From: Alphaproteobacteria bacterium
GTDB lineage: Bacteria; Pseudomonadota; Alphaproteobacteria; UBA7879
Direction of reading: 5' to 3'
Assembly (NCBI GenBank): GCA_965178295.1
Contig: CBCXTT010000002.1
Span: 101,178 to 165,177, forward strand
Length of the DNA stretch: 64,000 nucleotides
In this document: positions 21,747 through 31,501 of the stretch, one piece after another
How positions within the stretch are numbered: position 1 is the first letter of the stretch
Layout: every line of letters starts with the position of its first letter
Program-made: the position numbers and the translations under genes
Notes under the pieces: model-generated
Seen by the model: only the letters and a program-made list of their open reading frames with translations
What the model was told of the DNA's origin: nothing
Database searches by the model: none

Positions 21747-22703
21747 ATGAAAAATTCTATCGCGCTTATTGGATGCGGTGATTGGGGAAAAAACATAGCC
21801 CGCACATTACATAGCATGCAAGCTCTAGGAGCTCTTCTATACAAAGAAGGCTTCCTGGATATACGCGCCCAACGTATCGCTCAAGAATATGAAATCCCAC
21901 TATTGACGCTAGAAGAGGGGCTCAACAATAAAGAGTATCAAGGTATTGCCATTGCAACACCACCAGCCACCCATTTTGACATTGCACACATCTGCATTGC
22001 CCATAAAAAGCATGTATTTGTGGAAAAACCACTTGTCAAAAATGTGCAACAAAACAAACAACTTATAGAAGAGGCAGCAGCGCAAAATATTGTTCTAATG
22101 GTGGGACATCTACTGCGCTATCATCCAGCTTACGAAGCACTTCTAGACAGACTGCCAGACATTGGTCCCGTGCTCTTTGCAATAGCACGTCGCATGAATT
22201 GGGGCAAGATTTATAAAAACGACAATATTATTTGGGATTACTTGCCGCATGACTTGTCCATGATTCTCCCTATCTTTTCAGGCGCACCACAATCTGTGCG
22301 TGCCCATCCGCTTCATTTTGTCCGTCCTAATCTTGCAGATACCTGTACGGTAGACCTCACGTTTGGAGACAACCAACACGCGCACATTTTTTTGTCACGG
22401 ATCAATCCCTACAAAGAACAAAAACTTACAGTTATTGGAAAAAAGGGCAGCATGATTTTTGATGACACAAAACCATGGAAAGAAAAGCTCACATTTTTTG
22501 ACAATGCCTTCCCACATGCAAGAGATCCAGAGGTTTTGCCACCCCCTAAGGGGCACGCGATTATCCTTACACCATCAGAGCCATTAAAACTTGAATTAAA
22601 ACACTTTTTACAGTGTATGCAAGATCAAACAATGCCTCGCACAGGGGGTCAAGATGCGCTTGATATTTTGTCTGTGATCGCCGTACTGGAACACAGAACG
22701 TAA
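21747..22703 (+). CDS. Gfo/Idh/MocA oxidoreductase (WlbA/GnnA-like nucleotide-sugar 3-dehydrogenase)
   Basis: IGCGDWGKN Rossmann motif, IATPPATH, HVFVEKPL, MVGHLLRYHP, WDYLPHDLS. Confidence 0.8.
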   Translation: MKNSIALIGCGDWGKNIARTLHSMQALGALLYKEGFLDIRAQRIAQEYEIPLLTLEEGLNNKEYQGIAIATPPATHFDIAHICIAHKKHVFVEKPLVKNVQQNKQLIEEAAAQNIVLMVGHLLRYHPAYEALLDRLPDIGPVLFAIARRMNWGKIYKNDNIIWDYLPHDLSMILPIFSGAPQSVRAHPLHFVRPNLADTCTVDLTFGDNQHAHIFLSRINPYKEQKLTVIGKKGSMIFDDTKPWKEKLTFFDNAFPHARDPEVLPPPKGHAIILTPSEPLKLELKHFLQCMQDQTMPRTGGQDALDILSVIAVLEHRT

Positions 22704-23170
22704 GATTGGCAACGCGGATATACAGCAGATATTCGAACGCCTAAAAATGCTCTAAAAAATGCTAGAATCACTCAGTGTTTCAAAAAACCACATCATGCGT
22801 TTCCCCTGATCACATTCAAGAGACTTCCCTCTCCCTATGGATTGCGATAAAAATCAAGGATGATGAAAGACTCAAAGGTAAAACAACATCTGGTGCGTCT
22901 TGCAATAAACGCTATTAGCCAAACTGTCAAGCATCAGTCGTTTTTATGTGCAAGAAAAATCCCATTGTGTGGCTTTGATACTGTACCTACTTTTCAAGAA
23001 ATTCAAACAATACAGTCCCTGAGAGCAAGTAACCACGTAATGTACAAACTTTACATGAAACGTTAGAAAATAGCGTTCAACAAAGCGGTACTCCCACTAG
23101 TGCGCAATGATGAAGTTCCTGGATTGATAACGCTTCACAATCATAGACAAAGCTCGTCACTCTTACAGCG

Positions 23171-23260
23171 GAGTACAACTAAGCAGAAGAGTACAACTAA
23201 GTAAAATTTTGCATATTCCTTGAGTGTATCGGCACTCCTGTCGACAATTCTGTCGACAAT
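23171..23260. repeat. Two pairs of short direct repeats
   Basis: GAGTACAACTAAG at 23171 and 23189; CTGTCGACAAT at 23238 and 23250, each containing palindrome TGTCGACA. Confidence 0.8.
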
Positions 23261-23411
23261 GCAGCAGAAACCTCATCCTCTCCACTGATTCAACGATAAC
23301 TATACGATCACAAATGGACTGCAGGGTAAATGGAGGCTATGTAAACATAAATCTCTTGTTGAACCAAGAAATTATAGGTATAAATATATCTGTGCAACGG
23401 GGAGATTAGTC

Positions 23412-24116
23412 ATGCATGCTGCGCTTGTTTTTATATTTAGTCTTTTTCTTAACGTGAGTGGTATCATAAGTTGTGTTACGTTTTTTTCGCCATCCACAAA
23501 CGCGCATCAAGCTCCCACTGATTATCCAGCACTTTTTTTTGGAAATAAAGACGCACCGATCAAAGTAATTGAATACTCTTCTGTCGGGTGCGGCCTCTGT
23601 AGTGCCTTTAAAAAGAAAGATTGGCCACATGTCAACAAAAACTATATAGAAAATGGCCGTGTTCAGTGGTCTGTTCATCATTACCCTCTTAGTCATGCAG
23701 ATCTCAAAGCAGGTATGTTTTCCATGTGTCATCACGACAGCTCGGTACTCTTTGATCGCTATTTTGATCAACAAGGACGGTGGATTTTTGCAACAGATCC
23801 CTTGGAGGAGGTGAGAAAAATTGCAATAGAAAGTGGCATGTCCCCAGAGCAAGTGCAACAATGTGAGTCTGATGAAGATTTACTGAACCGCTTTATTGAA
23901 CTCAGACTACATGCAAACTCTACCTATGAACTTGTTGGTACACCTGCCTTTGTCATTGGTAAAACAGTGATTCCAGGATATGTCTCTAAAGAGATGTGGG
24001 ACAAAATAATTGCACAGGCTGAAGAATATGTGCAAAATGGAGGTGAGCTGGCACTCTTCGAGTTGGACCTTCCAGATGAGGACGATATAACCGACGATCA
24101 AACGGATGAGCCTTGA
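23412..24116 (+). CDS. DsbA-family thioredoxin-domain protein
   Basis: Signal/TM segment, GNKDAPIKVIEYSSVGCGLC, cis-Pro loop VGTPAFVIG. Confidence 0.9.
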   Translation: MHAALVFIFSLFLNVSGIISCVTFFSPSTNAHQAPTDYPALFFGNKDAPIKVIEYSSVGCGLCSAFKKKDWPHVNKNYIENGRVQWSVHHYPLSHADLKAGMFSMCHHDSSVLFDRYFDQQGRWIFATDPLEEVRKIAIESGMSPEQVQQCESDEDLLNRFIELRLHANSTYELVGTPAFVIGKTVIPGYVSKEMWDKIIAQAEEYVQNGGELALFELDLPDEDDITDDQTDEP

Positions 24117-24381
24117 AATGAAAAAGAAATCACAACCAGCAGGAAATGATGTGTCCCATTTTACGACACTTGCATTCCGTTCTAGCATAGACATGGTGTC
24201 AGGCGTAGTCGTCGGCGCTTCATTTGGCTACTTTGGGGATCAGCACTGGTCCTATGCTCCTTTAGGAATTCTAATTGGTTTTTTCCTTGGCACCGCCGCC
24301 GGATTTTTAAATGTGTACCGTGGTGTTAAGACGCTCCAAAACAAAGATAAATTGGGAATTCTACCCGTAGATCATGGATAA
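24106..24381 (+). CDS. atpI: AtpZ/AtpI family protein
   Basis: DMVSGVVVG..GYFGD..W..PLGILIGFFLGTAAGFLNVYR; first gene of the F0 cluster. Confidence 0.9.
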   Translation: MSLEMKKKSQPAGNDVSHFTTLAFRSSIDMVSGVVVGASFGYFGDQHWSYAPLGILIGFFLGTAAGFLNVYRGVKTLQNKDKLGILPVDHG

Positions 24382-25099
24382 CCCGCTGCATCAATTTGAA
24401 GTCATAACCTTGATACCCATTAATTTTATGGGATACAACCTCTCTTTTACTAATTCTGCGTTGTTTATGTTTCTCACTGTGCTCGCTATTTTTTCTTTTT
24501 TCTACTTTGGAACGCGTAATACAGAAAAAGTGCCGGGGAGGTTTCAGTCCCTTGTTGAGATCACCTTTGAATTTATTCAGCATACCGTACAAAGCAATAT
24601 AGGTCAAAAAGAGGGCTTGAACTTTGTACCGTTTATCCTCTCTCTGTTCTTATTTATCTTATTTGGCAATATGTTTGGTATGCTCCCCTATGCATTTACA
24701 TTTACCAGTCAGATTATTTTAACATTTTCCCTGGCTAGCATTGTTTTTATTCTTGTGACGCTGGTAGGCATCATGACCCACGGTCTTAAGTTTTTAGTCC
24801 ATTTTATGCCAAGTGGTGTTCCTATTGTTCTAGCCCCCCTTATTGTTCCAATTGAGCTCATTTCCTATTTATCACGGCCCATCAGTCTATCAATTCGCCT
24901 GTTTGCAAACATGATGGCGGGGCACACCATGCTAAAGGTGTTTGCGATCTTTACAGTTCTGCTTGGCATCGGCGGTCTTGCAACTATTTGTGTAAATATT
25001 CTCTTGATTGGTTTTGAATTTTTGGTAGCCTTTTTACAGGCCTATGTATTTAGTATACTGACATGTCTGTACCTTAAAGATGCACTCAGCATACATTAA
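24374..25099 (+). CDS. atpB: ATP synthase F0 subunit a
   Basis: [43 protein letters not shown]. Confidence 0.98.
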   Translation: MDNPLHQFEVITLIPINFMGYNLSFTNSALFMFLTVLAIFSFFYFGTRNTEKVPGRFQSLVEITFEFIQHTVQSNIGQKEGLNFVPFILSLFLFILFGNMFGMLPYAFTFTSQIILTFSLASIVFILVTLVGIMTHGLKFLVHFMPSGVPIVLAPLIVPIELISYLSRPISLSIRLFANMMAGHTMLKVFAIFTVLLGIGGLATICVNILLIGFEFLVAFLQAYVFSILTCLYLKDALSIH

Positions 25100-25128
25100 A
25101 CTCTTGCAAGAAAAAGGAGAGGAAAACG

Positions 25129-25353
25129 ATGGAATTAGAATCAGCCCGTATGATAGGTGCCGGCATTGCGGTTATTGCGTTACTTGGTGTGGGGATAGGC
25201 ATTGGAAATATTTTTTCAAGCTTGATCGATGCCATAGCGCGCAATCCTAGCGTTAAAAAAGACGTGTTTTCTATTGCTATTCTTGGTTTTGCGCTCACAG
25301 AAGCGGTAGCCCTATTTGCGCTTTTAATTGCCTTCTTAGTACTATTTAAATAA
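25129..25353 (+). CDS. atpE: ATP synthase F0 subunit c
   Basis: GAGIA..GVGIGIG..ARNP..GFALTEA. Confidence 0.98.
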   Translation: MELESARMIGAGIAVIALLGVGIGIGNIFSSLIDAIARNPSVKKDVFSIAILGFALTEAVALFALLIAFLVLFK

Positions 25354-25850
25354 TGCCACAGCTCGAGATATCCACATACCTACCTCAGCTATTTTGGCTT
25401 GGTGTTTTCTTTAGCATTCTCTACATTGGAATGGCGCGGTGGTTTGTACCTCTTATCTCTAGCATTTTGGAATCCCGATCAACAAAACTTTACCGTATAA
25501 TGCAAGAGACGGAACATCTTAAAAAACAGGCAGACGAGCTTAAGATATCAATGGATAACGCTGTAGAAAAAGCACAAGCTCAGGCTCAAAACCTCATGTT
25601 CCTTACAATTCAGGAGCTCAAACAAGCCCATAAAATGGAGAGTCAACATCTGCACCAAAACCTGTCACAAAAGATAGAGGCCGCAGAACAAAAATTAGAA
25701 AAAACACAACAAAAGGCCTTGCTGGATGCCAAAAAGACAGTGAATGAACTTTCTCAAAAAATGTGTTTAAAATTGATAGGACATAACCCTGAACAGGAAA
25801 CGTTAGAACGTCTCATTGAGGAGGCAATGCGTGATGACCTTCTTAAGTGA
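25353..25850 (+). CDS. ATP synthase F0 subunit b' (alphaproteobacterial AtpG/AtpF2)
   Basis: [17 protein letters not shown]-terminus then coiled coil; operon position. Confidence 0.9.
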   Translation: MPQLEISTYLPQLFWLGVFFSILYIGMARWFVPLISSILESRSTKLYRIMQETEHLKKQADELKISMDNAVEKAQAQAQNLMFLTIQELKQAHKMESQHLHQNLSQKIEAAEQKLEKTQQKALLDAKKTVNELSQKMCLKLIGHNPEQETLERLIEEAMRDDLLK

Positions 25851-26316
25851 TCCCCATTTTTGGTATATGCTGACATTTTGTATTTTTCTGACTCTCTTTG
25901 CGCGCCGTTTCATAAATAAAATAACTATTGCAATAGATTACCGTGCACACGAAATTGAAAATCAGCTAGAAAAAATGACGAGATTGCGTCAAGAAGCCAT
26001 GATTCTTCTGTCGCAACAAAAGTGCCAACAAGGTCGCATGGAAGAGACCATTAAGATGCTGCATGAAGATATGCAAAATGAGACGCACCGTATATTAGAT
26101 ACACTTAAAGAAACGCATAAAAACAATCTACGTATACGCGCAGAAATCTGCGACAAACGCCTGGACACTATGGAGCGTCGAATGGAAAACAATATACAAT
26201 ATCGCATCACAAACATCACTTTATCTGCAACAAAAAAATATATTCGAAAGATAGGTAAGATTGGACAGACAAAAATTCTGGGTCGACGCATTGAGCATTT
26301 TGTAAAACTAAAGTAA
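25834..26316 (+). CDS. atpF: ATP synthase F0 subunit b (divergent)
   Basis: DPHFWYMLTFCIF TM, then AIDYRAHEIENQLEK..LRQEA coiled coil; operon position. Confidence 0.8.
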   Translation: MTFLSDPHFWYMLTFCIFLTLFARRFINKITIAIDYRAHEIENQLEKMTRLRQEAMILLSQQKCQQGRMEETIKMLHEDMQNETHRILDTLKETHKNNLRIRAEICDKRLDTMERRMENNIQYRITNITLSATKKYIRKIGKIGQTKILGRRIEHFVKLK

Positions 26317-26476
26317 GCACATACTAAAATTCTTCTTGCTTTCTGTTGCCTGCACGCAGCACTGTATCCCCTGCTTTCACAGAACCGCCTCTGTATATTG
26401 GTTTTTTGTCTTGTAATTTGCACATCATAAGTTGCGCTCATATGTGTTCTTAATAAAGAACTACAACGAGGATAAA

Positions 26477-26965
26477 ATGCGTCAAGAAAATTTTAACGAG
26501 GGTGATTGGGTTGTATATCCTGCGCATGGTGTTGGATGTATCCAAAAAATTACGACAATGCCCTGTGATGGGCAAAAATTTTCGTTCTTCAAAATTGTTT
26601 TTGCTCAAGAGCATTTACGTGTCTGTATCCCTGTTGAAAAAGCCATGAAATCCGGCATGAGGCAACTGTCTGACAAAAAGCAGATCAAAGAAGCGCTTCA
26701 AGTTGTTAAAGGTCGCTCAAAAAAAAGTCATGGACTATGGACTCAAAAAGCAGCTATATACGAGGAAAAAATACATTCAGGGGACATTACCCATATGGCA
26801 GAGGTGTTGCGTGATTTAAAGCGCAGCAGATATGCAGGTGATACATCCTACAGTGAAAGTGCGATTTTTGAGAAAGCCTATAAACGATTAAGTCAAGAAA
26901 TTTCTTTAGTCGAACGCATTTCAGAAAAGGCCGCACGCGAAGCGCTTGACAAGTCGTTTGCTTAG
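26477..26965 (+). CDS. carD: CarD/CdnL RNA polymerase-binding regulator
   Basis: FNEGDWVVYPAHGVG, GMRQLS, conserved Trp (GLWTQK), SGD..AEVLRDL, SYSE. Confidence 0.93.
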   Translation: MRQENFNEGDWVVYPAHGVGCIQKITTMPCDGQKFSFFKIVFAQEHLRVCIPVEKAMKSGMRQLSDKKQIKEALQVVKGRSKKSHGLWTQKAAIYEEKIHSGDITHMAEVLRDLKRSRYAGDTSYSESAIFEKAYKRLSQEISLVERISEKAAREALDKSFA

Positions 26966-27046
26966 ATAAAATCTAATCATACAATAAGAATTGTTGCGCG
27001 CGCATCATCTATTGGGTAAGACATTAATCTTTGAGGACAGTACTAT

Positions 27047-28591
27047 ATGAAACTTTTCCGATCGGCTCTTTCAGTTGGTGTATGTACAGCTCTTTCACGC
27101 GTATTTGGTTTTGTACGCGAATGGCTGCAAGCACATTATATTGGCGCGTCTACCATATCAGATGCCCTCAACTATGCGATATCCTTTCCTTCATTTTTCA
27201 GACGCATATTTTCAGAGGGTGCCTTTAACGCCTCTTTTGTGCCTTTGTGCACGCAAATATATACATGTGATGGAGCGAAGGAAGCACAAAAATTTGCCGA
27301 ATCTATTTTAAGCCTCCTATCTGGTATTTTGTCTATTATTGTTGTTTTGATTATCACCTTTAGTGATGTCTTGATGCCGCTATTGCTCCCAGGTCTCAGC
27401 GGTGATTCTGAACGTTTAGCGCTCACGATACAGTTCACACGTATCACCTTCCCATTTCTACTTTTGATTTCTTTAACAGCTTTTTTTAGTGGCATACTCA
27501 ATTCTCTAGAGCGCTTCATTGCAGCCGCATCATCACCAGCAGCTGGAAACATTGCTATTATTGCCTCTCTCATACTGCTTTCCGATTTTGGTATGAATCC
27601 AGGTCAATCACTCTCTATTGGCGTCTTATCGTGTGGCATAACACAGTTTTTATGGGTGTTTATACCGTCCCAAGCAACAGGCATGCGAGTACGATTAACG
27701 TGGCCAATATTTTCTCCAAAAGTGCGTCTATTTTTACAGCGCATGTTGCCCGCAGCCCTTGGGGCAAGTGTGGTGCAAATCAATCTCATCATAGATGTTA
27801 TTTTATCTTCATACTTACCACGTGGCACCTTCTCATACTTGAAGTATGCAGACCGCTTTAATCAGTTACCTTTAAGCATTATTGGAACAGCCATTAGCAC
27901 TGCTTTGCTCCCCCTCATGGCTCGGCAACTCAGAGAAAATGAATGGGATAAAGCTTTAGAAAGCCAAAATCGTGCAATTGAGTTTACCGTATTTTTGATT
28001 CTCCCTGCAACCATTGGTATTATCTTCCTTGCCTGCCCCCTAGTTGACGCATTCTATATGCATGGAAAATTTACAGAAAAAGATGTAATGCCCACGGCAA
28101 CAACACTGATGGCCTTAGCATCTGGTCTTCCAGCCTATGTGATGGTTAAGCTGTTTAATACAAGTTTCTTTTCACGAGGCGATACACGCACGCCTGTTAT
28201 CACAGCAATTATCTCTGTTTTTATAAACTTCTTCCTCAATATGACTCTTATTTGGTCTCTGCAGCAAATTGGCATGGCGATTTCTACGGCCTTGTCTTCC
28301 TGGGCAAACGCGAGTATCTTGGGCTGGATTTTGTGGCGCCAAGACCTCCTCAAAATTGACCGTAAATTTCGTGCATTCTTTCCACGAGTATGCATAGCAA
28401 CCTCTGCTCTCGGCATTTATCTTATATGGATGCCAGACTATATCACGCAGTGTCTGGAGACAGTGATTCCCTGGGGATGGGCAATAACGCTTATCATCAT
28501 CAGCTTCGGTATGTTGATTTATATCACCGCCTCAAGCTATCTCAATATATTGACACTATCAAAAATACGCGCGCATTTAAGGCAGGGCTAG
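27047..28591 (+). CDS. murJ: Lipid II flippase MurJ (MviN)
   Basis: SRVFGFVRE, FRRIFSEGAFNASFVP, YADRFNQLPL, FFSRGDTRTP. Confidence 0.97.
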   Translation: MKLFRSALSVGVCTALSRVFGFVREWLQAHYIGASTISDALNYAISFPSFFRRIFSEGAFNASFVPLCTQIYTCDGAKEAQKFAESILSLLSGILSIIVVLIITFSDVLMPLLLPGLSGDSERLALTIQFTRITFPFLLLISLTAFFSGILNSLERFIAAASSPAAGNIAIIASLILLSDFGMNPGQSLSIGVLSCGITQFLWVFIPSQATGMRVRLTWPIFSPKVRLFLQRMLPAALGASVVQINLIIDVILSSYLPRGTFSYLKYADRFNQLPLSIIGTAISTALLPLMARQLRENEWDKALESQNRAIEFTVFLILPATIGIIFLACPLVDAFYMHGKFTEKDVMPTATTLMALASGLPAYVMVKLFNTSFFSRGDTRTPVITAIISVFINFFLNMTLIWSLQQIGMAISTALSSWANASILGWILWRQDLLKIDRKFRAFFPRVCIATSALGIYLIWMPDYITQCLETVIPWGWAITLIIISFGMLIYITASSYLNILTLSKIRAHLRQG

Positions 28592-28605
28592 AAGACGATG
28601 GTGGA

Positions 28606-28682
28606 TGGTGCGCCCGAGAGGACTCGAACCTCTGACCCCAAGATTAGGAATCTTGTGCTCTATCCACCTGAGCTACGGGCGC
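28606..28682 (-). tRNA. tRNA-Arg (CCT)
   Basis: Reverse complement GCGCCCGTAGCTCAGGTGGATAGAGCACAAGATTCCTAATCTTGGGGTCAGAGGTTCGAGTCCTCTCGGGCGCACCA. Confidence 0.97.
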
Positions 28683-29295
28683 CATTTATGATTATGAGTT
28701 ATATAGATATATCTAAAAAAGTTCAATCCTTAGTCTCAACACTTGCTTGCAGCATGCATGATGGTGGCCTGGCGTAATAATATCACTTCATGAGCTCAAT
28801 CTTCCAGAAATGCATGTGCGTGTATGCACCCCGTAATACTGCACAACAGGCACATTGTTGCACCCCATATCATTCCGAATATCATTTACGGTACTTCTCT
28901 TCCAACAAACAAAGACCAGAGATTAGCTGGTCTGCATATCGCCATCCAAGTGTAGGCACGAAGATGTTATGCGCGCATGTGGATATTACTCATCCCAACG
29001 TGCAATCTCTGCATACAGCATTGCATGCACATACAGGCATTCTATGTGGCATGCGCATCAATCATCGTTCGCATGTTTGCATCCGCAATATTTGCAATTG
29101 TAGGAAAAAATTAATACCAATCAGAATCAATATCGAGTTGCCTAAAAAATCAAATAGAATAAAGGGACCCAAAAACAGGGCTTCTACTAAACTTAGGCCG
29201 TAGAAGAGATGTTTGATAACAGGTATAGTATCTGCAAATAAGCGACGTAAAATCTTACATCTGCACTTCTGTCATATACTGTGAGAGCACGTTAT

Positions 29296-29496
29296 TTAGG
29301 CAATAATATCAGGAAGCAGCCTATTTTTTAACGCTTCAATTTGATCCTTAAGGTCCAGCTTAGATTTTTTTAGACGTTGAATTTCTAAATGATCGGGTAT
29401 AGAATCGCGCATCCGGCATATAAGCTGATGCTTATGCTCTTTATGAACCGCCTGAAGACGGGCTAAGTTCTTCTTTAATACTTCTATATCTGACAC
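29296..29496 (-). CDS. DUF465/YdcH family small protein
   Basis: L..LQAVHKEH..D.LEIQRLKKSKLDLKDQI..L...LLPDIIA, typical alphaproteobacterial end; GGAG RBS. Confidence 0.9.
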   Translation of the reverse strand: MSDIEVLKKNLARLQAVHKEHKHQLICRMRDSIPDHLEIQRLKKSKLDLKDQIEALKNRLLPDIIA

Positions 29497-29605
29497 TATT
29501 CTATCACTCCACCAAAAAAATCATTCGAAACTAAACTTTCTCTTTAGAAATTTTTCTTGATATATTAACGTAAGATGGTGAATTTTAAAAGTGTGTCAGA
29601 AAAAA

Positions 29606-30685
29606 ATGTCGAAGAAAATTGGGATATTAACAAGTGGTGGTGATTGTGCTGGATTAAATGCTTTAATCCGATCCGTTACGCATGCAGCATGTCATCTGGG
29701 CTGGGCTATCATTGGTATAAAACAAGGTGTGCATGGCTTGACCTGCACGCCCCCAGACTATGTAGAGCTTGACTATGGTATGTGCGGTTATGGCCCGGCG
29801 CTCATCCAAATGGGTGGCACGTTCCTTGGTACAACACACAAAGGGAATCCCTTTGAAATGCGCCAGGCGAATGGCTCTGCTATAGATATATCGGATAATA
29901 TTATCGCGGGGTACAATTGCTTAGGTCTAAACGCTCTCATTGGTGTTGGTGGCGATGGAAGTCTAGGTGTTTTAAGGCGTCTTACGCAAAAAGGTAACAT
30001 TCCCTTCATCGGTATTCCGAAAACAATTGATAATGATATTGGTCTTACAGAATCCTTAGGGTTTATGACTGCAGTGAATGTTGCAACGGAAGCTTTAGAC
30101 CGATTACAGCCAACAGCTGCAAGCCATAGCCGTGTGATGATTCTCGAAGTCATGGGCCGAGATGCTGGGCACATTGCCCTGCATGCAGGCATTGCCGGTG
30201 GAGCAGACATTATCCTCTTACCAGAGATCCCCTTTAATATAGATGCAATTGTGAAAAAAATTAATGGTATCAATGACCGAAAACGAAATTTTTCACTCAT
30301 TATTGTATCTGAGGCTGCAAAACCTGAAGGCGCACACGCACATATGCAGAAAGATGTGAACGGCAAGTCCCGATATGGCGGTATTGGTCATTATCTTTGC
30401 CACATACTCGATGAATCCATTGAAGCAGAGGTGCGCACAACTGTTCTGGGCCACGTGCAACGTGGGGGAGCGCCGACTGCCCGTGATCGCATTTTAGCTG
30501 CCTCTTTTGGTGCACATGCTGTAAAACTCATTAAAGAAAACAAATTTGATCGCATGGTTGCCTGGCAAAATCGTTCGGTTGTTGACTTCCCTCTCGAAAA
30601 AGCCATTGGATCATATAAAGATGTGGGAACGAATGACTCTCTTGTGCAAACAGCAAGAGAACTTGGTATTTCTTTTGGTGTGTAA
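29606..30685 (+). CDS. pfkA: 6-phosphofructokinase, group III-like (probably ATP-dependent)
   Basis: TSGGDCAGLN, GGDGS, PKTIDND, EVMGRDAGHIA, LGHVQRGG. Confidence 0.93.
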   Translation: MSKKIGILTSGGDCAGLNALIRSVTHAACHLGWAIIGIKQGVHGLTCTPPDYVELDYGMCGYGPALIQMGGTFLGTTHKGNPFEMRQANGSAIDISDNIIAGYNCLGLNALIGVGGDGSLGVLRRLTQKGNIPFIGIPKTIDNDIGLTESLGFMTAVNVATEALDRLQPTAASHSRVMILEVMGRDAGHIALHAGIAGGADIILLPEIPFNIDAIVKKINGINDRKRNFSLIIVSEAAKPEGAHAHMQKDVNGKSRYGGIGHYLCHILDESIEAEVRTTVLGHVQRGGAPTARDRILAASFGAHAVKLIKENKFDRMVAWQNRSVVDFPLEKAIGSYKDVGTNDSLVQTARELGISFGV

Positions 30686-30769
30686 CAAAAGAGACGACGT
30701 TATATATTTGATATGCTAGACTGCCTTGTATTTGATATTTGAACATTCAGCGTTAAGGAGACTAAAAAG

Positions 30770-31363
30770 ATGGTAAATCCTTTGATGCCTAAAGGGACCG
30801 CGATGTGGTTACTGGAAAACACGTCCCTCACTTTTGAGCAAATCGCCAATTTTTGCAAATTACATGCTTTAGAAATTGAATCCATGGCAAATGATGAAGC
30901 TGGCTCGGCTGTTCCTAGCTCAAATCCAATACTCAATGGTCAATTGACACAGGACGAAATTGATCGTTGTGTTCTAGATCCTGAGCTTGCTCTAGAAATG
31001 GCGCGCGCCATTAGTAAGACAAAAAAAAGAGCAAAGTACACACCAATTGCGCAACGCCAAGATAAACCTAATGCTATTATGTGGCTTCTGAAAAACCACC
31101 CTGAGCTTTCTGTGCAACAGATTATTCGACTCATTGGCACGACAAAATCAACCATCGAATCAATTCGTGGGCGAACCCACTGGAATATTCAAAACATTAA
31201 GCCACAAAACCCTATTATCCTTTCATTTTGTATGAAAAGCGATTTAAATGAGGCTATTGCAAAAGCAAATGCACCAAAATCTCCTAAGACAAACAGGACA
31301 AAGAAAAGAGCTAAAAAGAAAGTAGATACAATAAAAATAGTAGCAACGCCCGAGAAAAAATAA
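30770..31363 (+). CDS. trcR: DUF1013 / cell-cycle transcriptional regulator TrcR
   Basis: PLMPKGTAMWLLENTSLTFEQIANFCKLH.LE, YTP..RQDKP.AI.WL, GTTK.TI..IR.RTHWN. Confidence 0.92.
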   Translation: MVNPLMPKGTAMWLLENTSLTFEQIANFCKLHALEIESMANDEAGSAVPSSNPILNGQLTQDEIDRCVLDPELALEMARAISKTKKRAKYTPIAQRQDKPNAIMWLLKNHPELSVQQIIRLIGTTKSTIESIRGRTHWNIQNIKPQNPIILSFCMKSDLNEAIAKANAPKSPKTNRTKKRAKKKVDTIKIVATPEKK

Positions 31364-31501
31364 AGTGCGACGGTATTTAAAGGGGAAAAATCCTGAGACT
31401 GATCCTGCCTCACTGTTCAACAGTGTCTAAAAATCTGAGAGACAGCCTTATACCCAGTCCGGAACTGATGGCACTGCTCTCCAAAGCATACATATTCTAA
31501 A

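Noticed and set aside
28790-29203. 137-aa His/Cys-rich ORF as a metal-binding protein
   Set aside because: His/Cys/Ala/Met richness follows directly from the alternating RY DNA; no clear RBS or family motif
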